Assembly: GCA_963825525.1 (NCBI GenBank)
Contig: CAWGTN010000002.1
Coordinates: 1,472,001-1,536,000, forward strand
DNA: 64,000 bases
Source of the DNA: an uncultured Chloroflexia bacterium
GTDB lineage: Bacteria; Chloroflexota; Limnocylindria; QHBO01
Reading direction: 5' to 3'
In this document: piece after piece, positions 1 through 10,838 of the stretch
How the letters are laid out: each line of letters opens with the position of its first letter
How positions within the stretch are numbered: position 1 is the stretch's first letter
Translations under genes and position numbers: made by a program
The notes under the pieces: model-generated
What the model saw: the letters and a program-made list of their open reading frames with translations, nothing else
What the model was told of the DNA's origin: nothing
Database searches by the model: none

Positions 1-573
1 TCGGCGATGGCGCGGAACGCCTCGAAGTCCCACAGGCGCGAATAGGCCGTGGCGCCGGTCAGGATCATCTTCGGCTTGTGCTCGTAGGGCCAGCGCGCGG
101 ACCTCGTCCATGTCGATGCGGTGCGTCTCGCGGTCGACGTGGTACGGCACGAAGTTGTAGTACTGCCCGCTGAAGTTGACGGGGCTTCCATGAGTCAGGT
201 GGCCTCCCTGGTCGAGGCTCAGCCCCAGCACCGTGTCGCCGCGCTCGAGCAGGGCGTGGAAGACGGCCATGTTGGCCTGCGCACCGGCGTGAGGCTGGAC
301 GTTGACATGCTCGGCGCCGAAGAGCTCCTTCGCGCGGTCACGCGCCAGGTTCTCCGCCACGTCGACCACCTCGCAGCCACCGTAGTAGCGGCGTCCCGGA
401 TAGCCCTCGGCGTACTTGCCGGTGAGGATCGTCCCCATGGCCTGCAGCACGGCGAGCGACGGATAGTTCTCCGAGGCGATCAGCTCGAGGTGTGAGGTGG
501 TTCGCGCTTCCTCGTCGCGCACGACCTGCGCGATCTCGGGATCGGCGACGTCGAGAGGGGCCCACAGATCCAT
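1..573 (-). CDS. glyA: Serine hydroxymethyltransferase, 5' part (runs off window edge; apparent 1-nt insertion near 88)
   Basis: Manual translation from CAT at 571-573: [67 protein letters not shown], with the SHMT LIASEN and [13 protein letters not shown] motifs. Confidence 0.95.
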   Translation of the reverse strand, partial: MDLWAPLDVADPEIAQVVRDEEARTTSHLELIASENYPSLAVLQAMGTILTGKYAEGYPGRRYYGGCEVVDVAENLARDRAKELFGAEHVNVQPHAGAQANMAVFHALLERGDTVLGLSLDQGGHLTHGSPVNFSGQYYNFVPYHVDRETHRIDMDEVRALALRAQAEDDPDRRHGLFAPVGLRGVPRHRR

Positions 574-626
574 GCCCGAAGTGTAGCCGGGGAGCGGCCG
601 GCCGGGATCGTCCGAGCGCCCCTGTG

Positions 627-3600
627 TCAGGGGACGACGAGCGGCTTCAGAGCCGATTCGACCGCGGCGCTGACCACGGTCGTCCCGCCCAGCACGACGA
701 TCCGCTTCAGGTTGAGCCGATCGAGCTCGGCGCGCACGTTGGACGGCAGGTAGGTGCCGGGCACGAGAAGCAGCGGGCCGTTGGCATGGCCGGCGGCCGC
801 GGCGCCCGCGAGGGCATCGGCGAAGCCATGCCCGGTGGAGACGTATCCGACCGGCACGCCCGCTGTGGGGTATGAGTCCTTGCTGACCGCGACGGCAGTG
901 GCGTACCGATCAGCCCCGCCCAGCCGAACGACGCCGCCCGACCCGGCCAGTGGCTGGACCGCGCTCTGCACCGAGGAGCTCACCACGGTGGTGCCGCCGA
1001 GGATCACGATCCGCTGCGGGTTGAGCCGATCCAGCTCGGCGCGCACGTTGGACGGCAGGTAGGTGCCAGGGACGAGAAGCAACGGGCCGTTGGCATGCCC
1101 GGCGGCCGCGGCGCCGGCCAGGGCATCGGGGAATCCGAGCCCGGTGGCAACGTAGGCGACCGGCACGCCCGGTGTCGGGTAGGTGTCCTTGCTGATCGCG
1201 ACCGCGGTCGCATAGCGGTTCGACCCGGACAGGCGGTCAACGCCGCCGGAGCCGGCGAGCGGCTGGAGCGCCGTCGCGACGCCGCTGCTGATGACGTTGG
1301 TACCACCCAGGACCACGATCCGCTGCGGGTTGAGCCGATCCAGCTCGGCGCGCACGTTGGACGGCAGGTAGGTGCCGGGCACGAGAAGCAGCGGGCCGTT
1401 GGCATGTCCCGCGGCCGCGGCGCCGGCCAGGGCATCGGGAACCCAGCCCGGTGGCCACGTAGGCGACCGGCACGCCCGGTGTCGGGTAGGTGTCCTTGCT
1501 GATCGCGACGGCGGTCGCATAGCGATCAGTCCCGCTCAACCGAACGACCGCGGAGGTGTAGCGCGCGACCAGGGACACGTTCCCCGTCGGCACCGTGAAG
1601 TTCCGGGTGCGCGACGTGTTGCCGTCGGACCACGACGAGAAGCGGTGCAGGACCCCGTTCAACGTTGCCGTGCTCGGCGCGCTGAGAGCGGCCGTGTGGC
1701 CGACGATGCTCGTCAGGCTGGCCGACGTGCCATCGACCAGGACGGCGGCGCCCGCCGGCTGGCTGGTCAGCGAGACGGTCGCCGACTTCGGGTACAGGTA
1801 CACCGAACGCGAGGCGGAGAGGCCGCCGCTGTCGGTGGCGGTCAGCGTGAGACGCAGGTAGGACGGCCATTCGTGATCGGGTCCGCTGAACGAGATGTTC
1901 GACCCGGTCCCGGTCTGGACCTGGTGGGCGTGGCAGTTCACGCCACCCGGGCAGTGATTCATGACCAGCGTCCAGGACAGGTCACCGCCGGACAGGGTGC
2001 CGTCCTGCGCATCACTTCCCGACCCTGCCACGACCATGCTCGAACCGTTCGACCAGACCCGAGATCCCGTCGGGGCGATCCCGCTCGACGGTGGACTGGC
2101 GGTCATGAACGACGGCGGCGGGTTCCAGGTCGTGGCGCCGACCTTGACCGACGAGATCGCGACCGACGGTGGCGAGTTGCCTGGCGAGATGACGATCGGC
2201 GCGCTGACCGACGAGGCGCCCAGCGCGTTCGTCACCCGCAGCCTGACGGTGATCGACCCGGCGGACGAGTACGTGCGAGAGGGCTGGGATGCGGTCGAGT
2301 CGTCGTACTGCCCGTCGCCATCGAGGTCCCACGCGTAGGTCAGTGAGGGACTCGACGTCCCCGACGTGGATGCCGTGCCGTCGAAGTTGACGGTCAGCGG
2401 CACCGCGCCCGATGTTGGGTTGGCCGTGGCAATCGCGCTCGGCTCTTCATAGGCGATGCGGTGGATGCTGCCGGTCCCGATGTCGGCGTAGAAGAGGTCA
2501 CCGCCCGGACCGATGGCGAGGTCGGCGGGGAAGGACGAGGGCGATTCGAAGACCTCGACGTTCGCCGGATCGGGGACCCCCGATCCGTTCGGCAGCATGG
2601 CCCAGATGCAGTTCCTGGCGTAATCGGCGAAGAAGAGGGCACCGTCGAAGCGATCGGGGTAGGCGCCCCCGTTGTAGAACGCCATGCCGCTGAGCGCCGA
2701 GCTGCCCGACGGGCAGCCGTCACCAGACACCACCGCGCCGGAATGGGAGTACGTGAAGTGCGGACCCACGCGTGGACGCCTGGTCGAGCGAGGAGCACAG
2801 GGTCAGCCCGCCGAAGCCGCTCTTGACCCCGTTTCCCTCATAGCAGGGCCAGCCGAAGTTCCGTGCCGTGGAGCTGACGGGAAGGATGTTGATCTCCTCC
2901 CAGTTGGACTGGCCGACGTCGCCGATCCATAGGTCTGACGTCCCGGGCCGAAACGCCATTCGAAATGGGTTACGAAAGCCGTATCCCAGAATGCGACGCG
3001 CGTTGACATCGGTGCTGGCTGCGAACGGGTTGCCCGCAACGCCCAGCCCGGTGGCCGGATCGATGCGCAGGATGGCGCCATCGAGACTCCGCACGACGCC
3101 GGTTCCGCGGCGCGCCGACTGCGAGCGGAGTGAGCCCGCCGGTCGCGTCGGGCTCGGACAGGGCGGTGCCGGCCGGGCTCGGCGGATCGCCACATGGGTT
3201 CGCCGGGGTCGGCGTGCTCGGAAGTGATCCGCCGAACTGGCCCCAGTCCGGCTGGTTGAAGTTCGCCCCGTCGCCGGCGCTGACGTAGAGGTGGCCATCG
3301 GGGCCGAACTCGATGTCGTCGACGCTGTGGGACGGGAACTGCTGGCACCACTCGTTGACGATGAGGTTGGTCCGTGCGGTCACGGTATTCGACCCGTTCA
3401 CGCTGATTCGGATCAGGCGCCCGGTCACGACACACCCGTCGGTCTGCGACCGCGGCGGATCGGGACAGGTGTCATTCCAGACCGGCGCCGTTCCGCCGGG
3501 CGGGGCGTCGTAGGTGTAGAGCAGGTAGATCCACGGATCGGCGGGGAAGTTGGGCGACAGCTCGAGGCCCGTCAGGCCACGGTCCCAGTGGTTGCTGACC

Positions 3601-3953
3601 TCGGTCCGCAGGTCAATGACGACGGACGCCGTCGTGTCAGCCAGGCTGGAATAGACCAGCAGACGGCCGTCCTTCTCGGCGACGAAGACACGACCATCAG
3701 ACGAGAACGCCACGGCGGTGGGTTGTGTCAATCCGCTGAACACGACCTTGTCAACGAATCCGGGGAGCGCGGGATCCTCGCCGGCAAGCGTGCGGATGCC
3801 GCCGCCGCCGGTCTCCTCGCCGGTCAGGAACCCGTGCTCGGGATCGGCCGCGGCCGTTCGCTCGGCAGGCTGCACCGCGATGGTCGAGGCGAGAACCAGG
3901 CTGAGCGCAATGAGCGAATGGGCAGCGCGTCGCATTATCGAGACCGTGGGCAT
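627..3953 (-). CDS. Secreted PQQ-dependent glucose/sorbosone dehydrogenase-like beta-propeller + PKD domain + three cell-wall-binding-2 (CWB2) repeats; split by ~3 apparent frameshifts
   Basis: Pieces in ORFs 2970-4133, 2720-3298, 1237-2769 and 627-1520. Signal peptide; [31 protein letters not shown] and GFRNPFR (GSDH); YAWDLDGDG (PKD); [16 protein letters not shown]...DALAGAAAA...PLLLV (CWB2). Confidence 0.85.
640..1550 (-). repeat. Three near-identical ~300-bp tandem repeats encoding CWB2 domains
   Basis: CTCGGCGCGCACGTTGGACGGCAGGTAGGTGCC recurs at ~726, ~1035 and ~1344 with highly similar flanks. Confidence 0.9.
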
Positions 3954-4011
3954 GTGTCCCCCATGAGTTCCAGCCCCAACCCTAGCATCCGATCCGTCGC
4001 GCCGCCCAATC

Positions 4012-4395
4012 TCACGCCGGCTGGACCGATCCTCGCGGCCCGACGCGCAGCCGCGCGCCGCTCTGGATGGCCACCAGCCGATCCCATGGCAGGACGACGA
4101 TCGGAACCAGGACCCCGTACAGCTCCTCCGCAACCGCCGATCCGATCTCCAGGATGAGATCCGGCTCGCCGAGCACGATCGCCGCGGGCGCGGTCGTGGC
4201 GCGCACCGACTCGGCCAGGACCGACGCCGATGACGACGATCCGCGGCCGGATGGCATGACGACGATGCGCCCGGTGATCGACACCCCGTGCTGAGGGTGG
4301 TGGGGATCGATGATCAGGCCGGTGGCTGGGTCGACACCACCCCACAGGCTCAGGCCGTCGTCGAGCACCAGCGCCTCGGCGATGACCTCGTTCAC
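4012..4395 (-). CDS. Aconitase X small (swivel, DUF126) subunit
   Basis: LSLWGGVDPATGLIIDPHHPQHGVSITGRIVVMPSGRGSSSS motif; GTG start overlaps the upstream stop. Confidence 0.88.
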   Translation of the reverse strand: MNEVIAEALVLDDGLSLWGGVDPATGLIIDPHHPQHGVSITGRIVVMPSGRGSSSSASVLAESVRATTAPAAIVLGEPDLILEIGSAVAEELYGVLVPIVVLPWDRLVAIQSGARLRVGPRGSVQPA

Positions 4396-5660
4396 GAGCC
4401 GCCCCACGGGGCGAGGTCGCGCATGACCCGCCCTGCAACGGCGGATCGGATGCACTCCGCGGCGGACCCGTAGATCACCGCAGCACCGATGTTGCCCGGA
4501 GCGTAGTAGGCCCACTTTCCCGAGTCGGTCATGACCGGTCCGGCAGCGTGGCGCAGGACGGGTGCCACGTAGCTGCAGGTATCCACCAGGATCTCGACGC
4601 CAGCCTCCCGCAGCCGATCCACGATGCCCCGCTCGGACGCGGCGGCCAGGACGTCGCGGCCGGTCGAGACCAGGCACTCGACGTCGACATGGACGCGGCG
4701 GCCGCCGAGCATGGCCGCGTACCGGTCGAGCTCGGCCAGCGACGCGTGGGGCGTCCCGAGCGAGACCGCGGCCAGCCGCTCGCCCTCGGCGGTGGTCAGC
4801 TCGTCGCGCGCCGAGCGCAGATCATCCATGCGAATCGTTTCGACGCGCTCGGGCATGCCGCGCTGGAGTGCCTGGTCCAGCGTGGCGGCCTCGGGAGTCG
4901 AGCCGACGACATGGAACATGGCAACCGATCCCGAGGATGCCGCGGCCGCGCCGAGCGCCTTGAGCCGATCCTCCGACTGACTTCGTGGCAGACCGTCGAT
5001 CGCGGCGACGGTCGATCCCGCACGGCGGCCGAGCACGATTCCGAGGACGGGAAAGAGCACATCGTCGTCGCGAAGCGCCGCCGGCACGTCGTCCGCCATG
5101 CGCAGGACCAGCGTCGCGCGTCTCGCCTCGGTCCGATGCAGCCCGGCATCGGGGACCCGTCCGGTGATGGCGGCCGCGATGTCGAGGAAGTCACCGTAGC
5201 GATTGGTCCGTGCCCCGAGGACGCTGTTGCAGAACGCGATGGCGTTGGACTCGCCCCAGGCCACCTGTTCGCCGAAGGCGGGACGGGCATCGGCCAGCTG
5301 GTAGGGGGCGCAGGTATAGGTCGCCCTCGCGCCGAGCTTTCGGTACCGGTCCATCAGCATCCGCCCGCGACGAGCCACGCGCTCATCGCCCCGGTACAGC
5401 TCCGGATGCAGCAGGTCCAGCGCGCCGACGTTGAGGGTGGTCGGGACGCGCACGTGCGCCTTGCCTTCGGCGAGGCGCCGCACGAAGTCCAGGGTCGCCT
5501 CCCCGTGGTAGAGGCACGAGTCGACGTGGGCCCGAGTGATATCGATCAGTCGGGTGGCACCGGTGGCCCGCGCCGCGTGAACCACCAGGCGCATCGCGAA
5601 CGCGGCACCGTCACCCAGCGACCCGTTGAGCAGCTCGCGATCATGCGAGCTCAGCGACAC
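4392..5660 (-). CDS. Aconitase X catalytic (DUF521) subunit
   Basis: AHVDSCLY, TYTCAPY, AWGESNAIAFCNSVLGARTNR, LGTPHAS and DTC motifs. Confidence 0.9.
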   Translation of the reverse strand: MSLSSHDRELLNGSLGDGAAFAMRLVVHAARATGATRLIDITRAHVDSCLYHGEATLDFVRRLAEGKAHVRVPTTLNVGALDLLHPELYRGDERVARRGRMLMDRYRKLGARATYTCAPYQLADARPAFGEQVAWGESNAIAFCNSVLGARTNRYGDFLDIAAAITGRVPDAGLHRTEARRATLVLRMADDVPAALRDDDVLFPVLGIVLGRRAGSTVAAIDGLPRSQSEDRLKALGAAAASSGSVAMFHVVGSTPEAATLDQALQRGMPERVETIRMDDLRSARDELTTAEGERLAAVSLGTPHASLAELDRYAAMLGGRRVHVDVECLVSTGRDVLAAASERGIVDRLREAGVEILVDTCSYVAPVLRHAAGPVMTDSGKWAYYAPGNIGAAVIYGSAAECIRSAVAGRVMRDLAPWGGS

Positions 5661-5662
5661 GC

Positions 5663-6115
5663 TCAGCCGCGCGCCTCCTCTGCCTCGATCGTCGCGATCT
5701 TCGCGACGCGCGGTGCGTGGCGGCCTCCGGCGAAATCCGCGTCGAGAAAGGCGCGAACGCAGTCCCGGGCCACGGCGGTGCCGATGATCCGCGCGCCCAT
5801 GCTCAGGACGTTCGCGTCGTTATGCTCACGGCCGAGTCGTGCCGTCACCGGGTCCGCGGCCTCGACGCAGCGGATGCCGCGCACCTTGTTGGCAACGATG
5901 GCCTCGCCGGTGCCACTTCCTCCGAGCACGATTCCGCGCTCGAAGTCGCCGCGAGCGACGGCGCGAGCGACCGGCGCGATGAGATCGGGGTAGTCGACCG
6001 GCTCCGAGCTGAAGGTCCCGAAGTCGCGGTACTCGATGCGGAGCTCATCGAGGAGCGTGCACAGGTCGCCCTTCAGGTGGAAGCCGGCGTGGTCTGACCC
6101 GATGGCGACGCGCAT
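5663..6115 (-). CDS. rpiB: Ribose-5-phosphate isomerase B
   Basis: IGSDHAG, DYPD, GSGTGEAIVANKVRGIR, HNDANVLSMGAR, GGRH. Confidence 0.93.
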   Translation of the reverse strand: MRVAIGSDHAGFHLKGDLCTLLDELRIEYRDFGTFSSEPVDYPDLIAPVARAVARGDFERGIVLGGSGTGEAIVANKVRGIRCVEAADPVTARLGREHNDANVLSMGARIIGTAVARDCVRAFLDADFAGGRHAPRVAKIATIEAEEARG

Positions 6116-6137
6116 GCCGAGAGTGTAGCCGCGGCTC

Positions 6138-6752
6138 TCATCCCGACGTCGGCTCGAGGGGGATCACCGCGGCGAGCTCCTCCCGCGACACCGGACCGAC
6201 ACGGTGGACCCTTGCCGGCGTCACGGACAGGTCGACGACCGTCGATGGCACACCGCCGGGGACGCTGCCGCCGTCGAGGACGGCCGCGAGCTCGTCCTGC
6301 TGGCCGGCGAACGCGATGAGCACGTCATCGGCGGCCATGGTATCGGGCTCGGATGACCGGTTGGCCGACGTCGCATAGATCGGTCCGCTGCGGCGGATGA
6401 GCTCGATCGCCAGCTCGTGGTCCGGGACCCGAAACCCCTGGGTCGTGGCATCCGGCGCGCCGATGACCAGCGTGAGCCCACCCGGCCAGAAGCGCTCGGC
6501 GAGCGCCCGCGCGCGATCGTCCGGTATCCAACCGGCCGCCAGGACCTGCTCCAGGTCGGCGACCAGCATGGCGATGCGCTTGTCAACAGGCCGAGCCTTC
6601 AGCGCATACAGCGCCTCGATCCGATCCGGGTGGCTCGACGCGACGCCGACGCCGTACACCGTGTCGGTCGGGAACGCGATGACCGCGCCATCGGCGAGCA
6701 GCTCGGCGGCGCGGTGCAGCCCATCGGGCGTGGGAGGCAGCACGTCGGTCAC
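6138..6752 (-). CDS. tsaC: L-threonylcarbamoyladenylate synthase (Sua5/YrdC)
   Basis: FPTDTVYG, LKARP, FWPGGLT, TSANRS, PSTVVD. Confidence 0.92.
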   Translation of the reverse strand: MTDVLPPTPDGLHRAAELLADGAVIAFPTDTVYGVGVASSHPDRIEALYALKARPVDKRIAMLVADLEQVLAAGWIPDDRARALAERFWPGGLTLVIGAPDATTQGFRVPDHELAIELIRRSGPIYATSANRSSEPDTMAADDVLIAFAGQQDELAAVLDGGSVPGGVPSTVVDLSVTPARVHRVGPVSREELAAVIPLEPTSG

Positions 6753-6756
6753 GGCA

Positions 6757-7647
6757 TCAGGCTCCGAGCTCGATCCGCACGACGCGGTCGAGACCTGCGA
6801 GATCGGGGACGATCGACGTCCGGGCGCCGGCCGGGCTCAGCGAGGCGATATCCGCCGCCTGTCCGACGCCGATCTCGAGCAGCACGGTGGCCCGCGGGGC
6901 GGCGCTCTCCGGCAGGCTGGCCATGAGCCGACGGACCACCGTCAGGCCATCCTCGCCGCCGTCCAGCGCGATCCGTGGCTCGTGCCCCAGGCTGCCGAGT
7001 CGCCGATCGACTTCGTCGGAGGCGACGTATGGCAGGTTGGCCACCACCAGGTCCGGGTGAGGAAGCGTATCCCCGGCAGGATCGAGGAGGTCGGCGCAGG
7101 CCAGCGTCACGACGTCCTGGCAACCGTGGTCCGCCAGGTTCTCGGCGGCGAGCTCGAGTGCCTCCGGGGAGAGGTCGCTGGCGATCAGGCGGAGCCTTCC
7201 GACACGCGCCTCCGACGCGAACCGGCGCGCCAGGGCCACGGTCACGGCGCCGCTGCCGGTGGCCACCTCCCACGCCACGACCGGTGAGCCACCATCGACC
7301 AGGCGCGCCTCGAGATCAGCCATCGCCGCATCGGCCAACAGCTCGGTCTCCGGTCGCGGGATGAGCGCACGGCGGTCGGTCCTGATGCGGAGCGACTGCC
7401 ATTCCTTGTACCCACGGATGTACGCGATCGGCTCACCGGCAGAGCGACGAGCCACGGCGTCCTCGAGCTGCCGGAGCTCGGGAGGATCCAGCCGCTGCTC
7501 CGGGTGGGCGATCACCCAGGACCGATCACGTCCGCTGACGTGGGCCACCAGCAACTCGGCATCGAGGCGGGGGCTCGGCGACCCGGAAGCCCTGAGGCGA
7601 TCGGTCGCGGCCGCGACCGCCGGTCCGATCGGGTCACCCTGCGGCAT
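6757..7647 (-). CDS. prmC: Release factor glutamine methyltransferase
   Basis: GEPIAYIRG, ALIPRPETE, ATGSG, ANLPY, ALDGGEDG; directly follows prfA. Confidence 0.93.
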   Translation of the reverse strand: MPQGDPIGPAVAAATDRLRASGSPSPRLDAELLVAHVSGRDRSWVIAHPEQRLDPPELRQLEDAVARRSAGEPIAYIRGYKEWQSLRIRTDRRALIPRPETELLADAAMADLEARLVDGGSPVVAWEVATGSGAVTVALARRFASEARVGRLRLIASDLSPEALELAAENLADHGCQDVVTLACADLLDPAGDTLPHPDLVVANLPYVASDEVDRRLGSLGHEPRIALDGGEDGLTVVRRLMASLPESAAPRATVLLEIGVGQAADIASLSPAGARTSIVPDLAGLDRVVRIELGA

Positions 7648-8713
7648 CGGCGCCGATCTCCGCCAGCCGTCGCGCCTGGTCCGCCTCGATGAGGGGCTCG
7701 ATGATCCGGTCGAGGTCGCCCTCGAGCAGACCGGGCAGGTTGTGCACGGTGAGGCCGATGCGGTGGTCGGTCACCCGATCATCGGGAACGTTGTAGGTCC
7801 GAATCTTCTCGCTCCGCTCACCGGAGCCAACCTGGGATCGCCGCTCGTCGCCGCGCTCCGCGGCCAGGCGGTCCTGCTCCATCTCCAGCAGGCGGGCGCG
7901 CAGCACGCTCATGGCCTTGGCTCGGTTCTTGTGCTGGCTCTTCTCGTCCTGAATCGCGACCATCATCCCGGTCGGCAGGTGCGTGACGCGGACGGCGGAA
8001 TCGGTGGTGTTCACGCTCTGTCCGCCGGGGCCGCTCGACCGGTAGACGTCGATCCGCAGGTCCTTCTCGTCGATCTGGACCTCGACCTCATCGGCCTCGG
8101 GCAGGACGGACACCGTCGCGGTGGACGTGTGGATCCTGCCGGATGCCTCGGTCACCGGGACCCGCTGGACGCGATGCACGCCGGACTCGAACTTGAGCCG
8201 CGAGTAGGCGCCGTCACCGCGGACCTCGGCAATGACCTCCTTGAACCCACCCGATCCGCTCTCCGAGGTCGACAGCACCTCCACCTTCCATCGCCGGCGC
8301 TCGGCGAATCGCGCGTACATGCGATACAGGTCGGCGGCGAACAGCGATGCCTCGTCACCCCCGGCTCCGGCCCGCACCTCGACGATGACGTTGCGGTCGT
8401 CGTTCGGATCGCGCGGGACCAGTTGCATGTGGAGGTCCGCCTCGAGCTCGGCGGCGCGCGCCGTCAGACGCGCCATCTCCTCGCGCGCCATGCCGCGCAT
8501 CTCCTCGTCCGGGTCATCGGCCATGGCCTTCGCCCCGGCGAGCTCGTCCCGTACCGAACGCCATTCGCGGAGAGTCGCCACCACGGGCTCGAGCCGGGAG
8601 AGCTCGCGGCCAAGGTCCGCGAGGCCCGCCGGATTCGTCGCCGCCTCGGGCGTCGACATCTGGCGACCGATCTCCTCGTATCGGGCCTCGAGCTCGGCGA
8701 GCCGGTCGATCAT
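7634..8713 (-). CDS. prfA: Peptide chain release factor 1
   Basis: EVRAGAGGDEA, ESGVHRVQRVPVTE (PxT), GPGGQSVN. Confidence 0.97.
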   Translation of the reverse strand: MIDRLAELEARYEEIGRQMSTPEAATNPAGLADLGRELSRLEPVVATLREWRSVRDELAGAKAMADDPDEEMRGMAREEMARLTARAAELEADLHMQLVPRDPNDDRNVIVEVRAGAGGDEASLFAADLYRMYARFAERRRWKVEVLSTSESGSGGFKEVIAEVRGDGAYSRLKFESGVHRVQRVPVTEASGRIHTSTATVSVLPEADEVEVQIDEKDLRIDVYRSSGPGGQSVNTTDSAVRVTHLPTGMMVAIQDEKSQHKNRAKAMSVLRARLLEMEQDRLAAERGDERRSQVGSGERSEKIRTYNVPDDRVTDHRIGLTVHNLPGLLEGDLDRIIEPLIEADQARRLAEIGADAAG

Positions 8714-9606
8714 GCCTGGCTGGCGGCCGCCTCGCGGTCCGATGCCAGGCACGATTCGAGGCTTGCAATGCTGACCTCCAGCATCGCGCGGTCCGGTGGG
8801 CGGGTGGTGAGCGACTGCAGCCAGAGCCCGGGGGCATAGAAGGCACGAACGAGCGGGTTGCCGTAGTGACGGGCGCCGAACCGCACGAGCTCGTAGGCGA
8901 AGCCGGCGATGATCGGCACGAGCACGATGCGCGACAGGAACAGCAGCGGCAGCGGGACACCGGAGCGGGGCACGAGGCTGAAGAAGAAGATGCTGATGAC
9001 CACCACGATGAGGATGAAGGTCGTCCCGCAGCGCGTGTGGGCGGTGCCGAACGCGTCGACCTCTTCCGGCGTGAGGGGTCGGTCGGCCTCGTAGGCGCTG
9101 ATCGCCTTGTGCTCGGCGCCGTGGTAGGCGAACACGCGCTTGATGTCGCTCATCATTCCGATGGCGGCGATGTAGGCGATGAAGATGACGAGCCGGATGA
9201 TGCCCTCGACGGCATTCGCCAGGATGTCGTTGTTGGTGGCTCCCTCGGCGAACGTCGACAGGAAGAGCGGCAGAAGGAAGAAGAGCCCGATGGCGAAGCT
9301 CAGGCTGACGACGACGGTCAGCACGATCGTGCCCTTGCCGAGCTCGATGTCCTCGCCCTCGGCAGCGATCGCCGCCGACCGCATGAGCATGCGGGTGCCG
9401 ATCACGAGCGTCTCGTAGAGCACGAACATGCCGCGCAGGATCGGGATCCGGATCAGTCGCCGATCAGCCGACAGCGCGGCGGGGAGCGCCTCCGACATCG
9501 TCTGGATCTCGCCCGAGGGCGGACGAACGGACATGGCGACCGTGGTTCGGCCGCGCATCATGACGCCCTCGATCAGGGCCTGTCCGCCGTAGAAGAAGTC
9601 CGGCAT
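8710..9606 (-). CDS. DUF1385 membrane protein (start may lie up to 9741)
   Basis: YGGQALIEGVMMRG, YHGAEHK, HTRCGTTF; usual rpmE-DUF1385-prfA context. Confidence 0.88.
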   Translation of the reverse strand: MPDFFYGGQALIEGVMMRGRTTVAMSVRPPSGEIQTMSEALPAALSADRRLIRIPILRGMFVLYETLVIGTRMLMRSAAIAAEGEDIELGKGTIVLTVVVSLSFAIGLFFLLPLFLSTFAEGATNNDILANAVEGIIRLVIFIAYIAAIGMMSDIKRVFAYHGAEHKAISAYEADRPLTPEEVDAFGTAHTRCGTTFILIVVVISIFFFSLVPRSGVPLPLLFLSRIVLVPIIAGFAYELVRFGARHYGNPLVRAFYAPGLWLQSLTTRPPDRAMLEVSIASLESCLASDREAAASQA

Positions 9607-9749
9607 CCTGAACTTGCGACGCCCGGCGGGGTCGGTGACCGCCGCGATGACGAGCGGCCCGGCCGCCATCAACAGCTCCGGGACGAGGAACAGGAGGTGG
9701 GGCGCAAGATGCGCCGGCCACCGGACCGGTCGCCGACGCATCAGCCGGA

Positions 9750-9956
9750 TCAGCGCAGAGAGCGCTCCAGGCGCTTCTGGAATCGCTCGACCTGGCCGGC
9801 GGTGTCGACGATGTTCTGCGTGCCGGTGTAGAACGGGTGGCAGTTGCTGCACACCTCGACCCGGATCGACTCCGCGGTCGACCCTACCGTGAACGTGTTG
9901 CCACAGACGCACTTGACGGCGGCCTGGTGGAACTGGGGATGAATGTCGGTCTTCAT
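9750..9956 (-). CDS. rpmE: 50S ribosomal protein L31 (Zn-binding type)
   Basis: [27 protein letters not shown]. Confidence 0.97.
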   Translation of the reverse strand: MKTDIHPQFHQAAVKCVCGNTFTVGSTAESIRVEVCSNCHPFYTGTQNIVDTAGQVERFQKRLERSLR

Positions 9957-9979
9957 GGGATCGTGCTCCGTGCCCGCGG

Positions 9980-10249
9980 TCAGGCGGACTGGTACTCGCC
10001 AGCTTCGATGCTGACGCGCTTCTTGTGTCGTGTGGCGTAGGTGAATCGGACGAGGCCGTCAGAGGTCGCGAAGAGGGTGTAGTCACGGCCCATGCCGACA
10101 TTGTCGCCGGGGTGGAACGTGCTGCCACGCTGGCGGACGATGATCGTTCCGGCGAGGACGTACTGGCCGTCACCGCGCTTCACGCCGAGTCGTTTGCCGG
10201 CGCTGTCACGTCCGTTCCTGCTGGACGAGCCGGCCTTCTTGTGTGCCAT
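9980..10249 (-). CDS. rpmA: 50S ribosomal protein L27
   Basis: [16 protein letters not shown]...RLGVK...IIVRQRG. Confidence 0.98.
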   Translation of the reverse strand: MAHKKAGSSSRNGRDSAGKRLGVKRGDGQYVLAGTIIVRQRGSTFHPGDNVGMGRDYTLFATSDGLVRFTYATRHKKRVSIEAGEYQSA

Positions 10250-10252
10250 GGG

Positions 10253-10838
10253 TTACTCCTTCGACTCGGCCTTCTTGGATGGACTGCGTCGGCGCGGCGC
10301 GGCCTTCGGCGCATCATCGGCCTCCGCCGGGGAGGCCTTCTTGGCGCGTGCCGGCTTCTTGGCCGGGGCGCTCTTCGCGGCCGGCGACTTGGTGGCGGCC
10401 TTCGCTGCCGGCTTCGTCCGCCTTGGCCGGCTTGTCCGCCGTCTCCGCCTTGGCCGACTTGCGCGCCTTTGACGGAGCCGCTGGCGCCGCCTCGGGAGCT
10501 GCCTCGGCCTTCACGGAGCGCTTGCCGCCCGCACTGATCTCGTCGATCCGAACGCGCATGAGGTGCTGCCGATGGCCGCGCGTGCGGCGATACGTGGCCT
10601 TCTGCTTGAACTTGAAGATGATGAGCTTCGGTCCCGCCACGTCGCCGAGCACGGTGCCGCTCACCACGGCGCCCTCGACGGTCGGGGTGCCGACGGTGAC
10701 CGATTCGCCGTCGCCGACCAGCAGAACGCGGTCAAAGGTGACGGAAGCACCGGTATCGACCGGCAGCCGCTCGATCACGAGCTCGCCGCCGGCCTCGACG
10801 CGGTACTGCTTCCCGCCGGTCGTCACGACGGCGTACAT
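10253..10838 (-). CDS. rplU: 50S ribosomal protein L21 with long Lys/Ala-rich C-terminal tail (apparent frameshift ~10420)
   Basis: MYAVVTTGGKQYRV...GHRQ; tail continues in the shifted frame ...KSPAAKSAPAKKPARAKK...SKKAESKE* to the stop at 10253. Confidence 0.93.
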
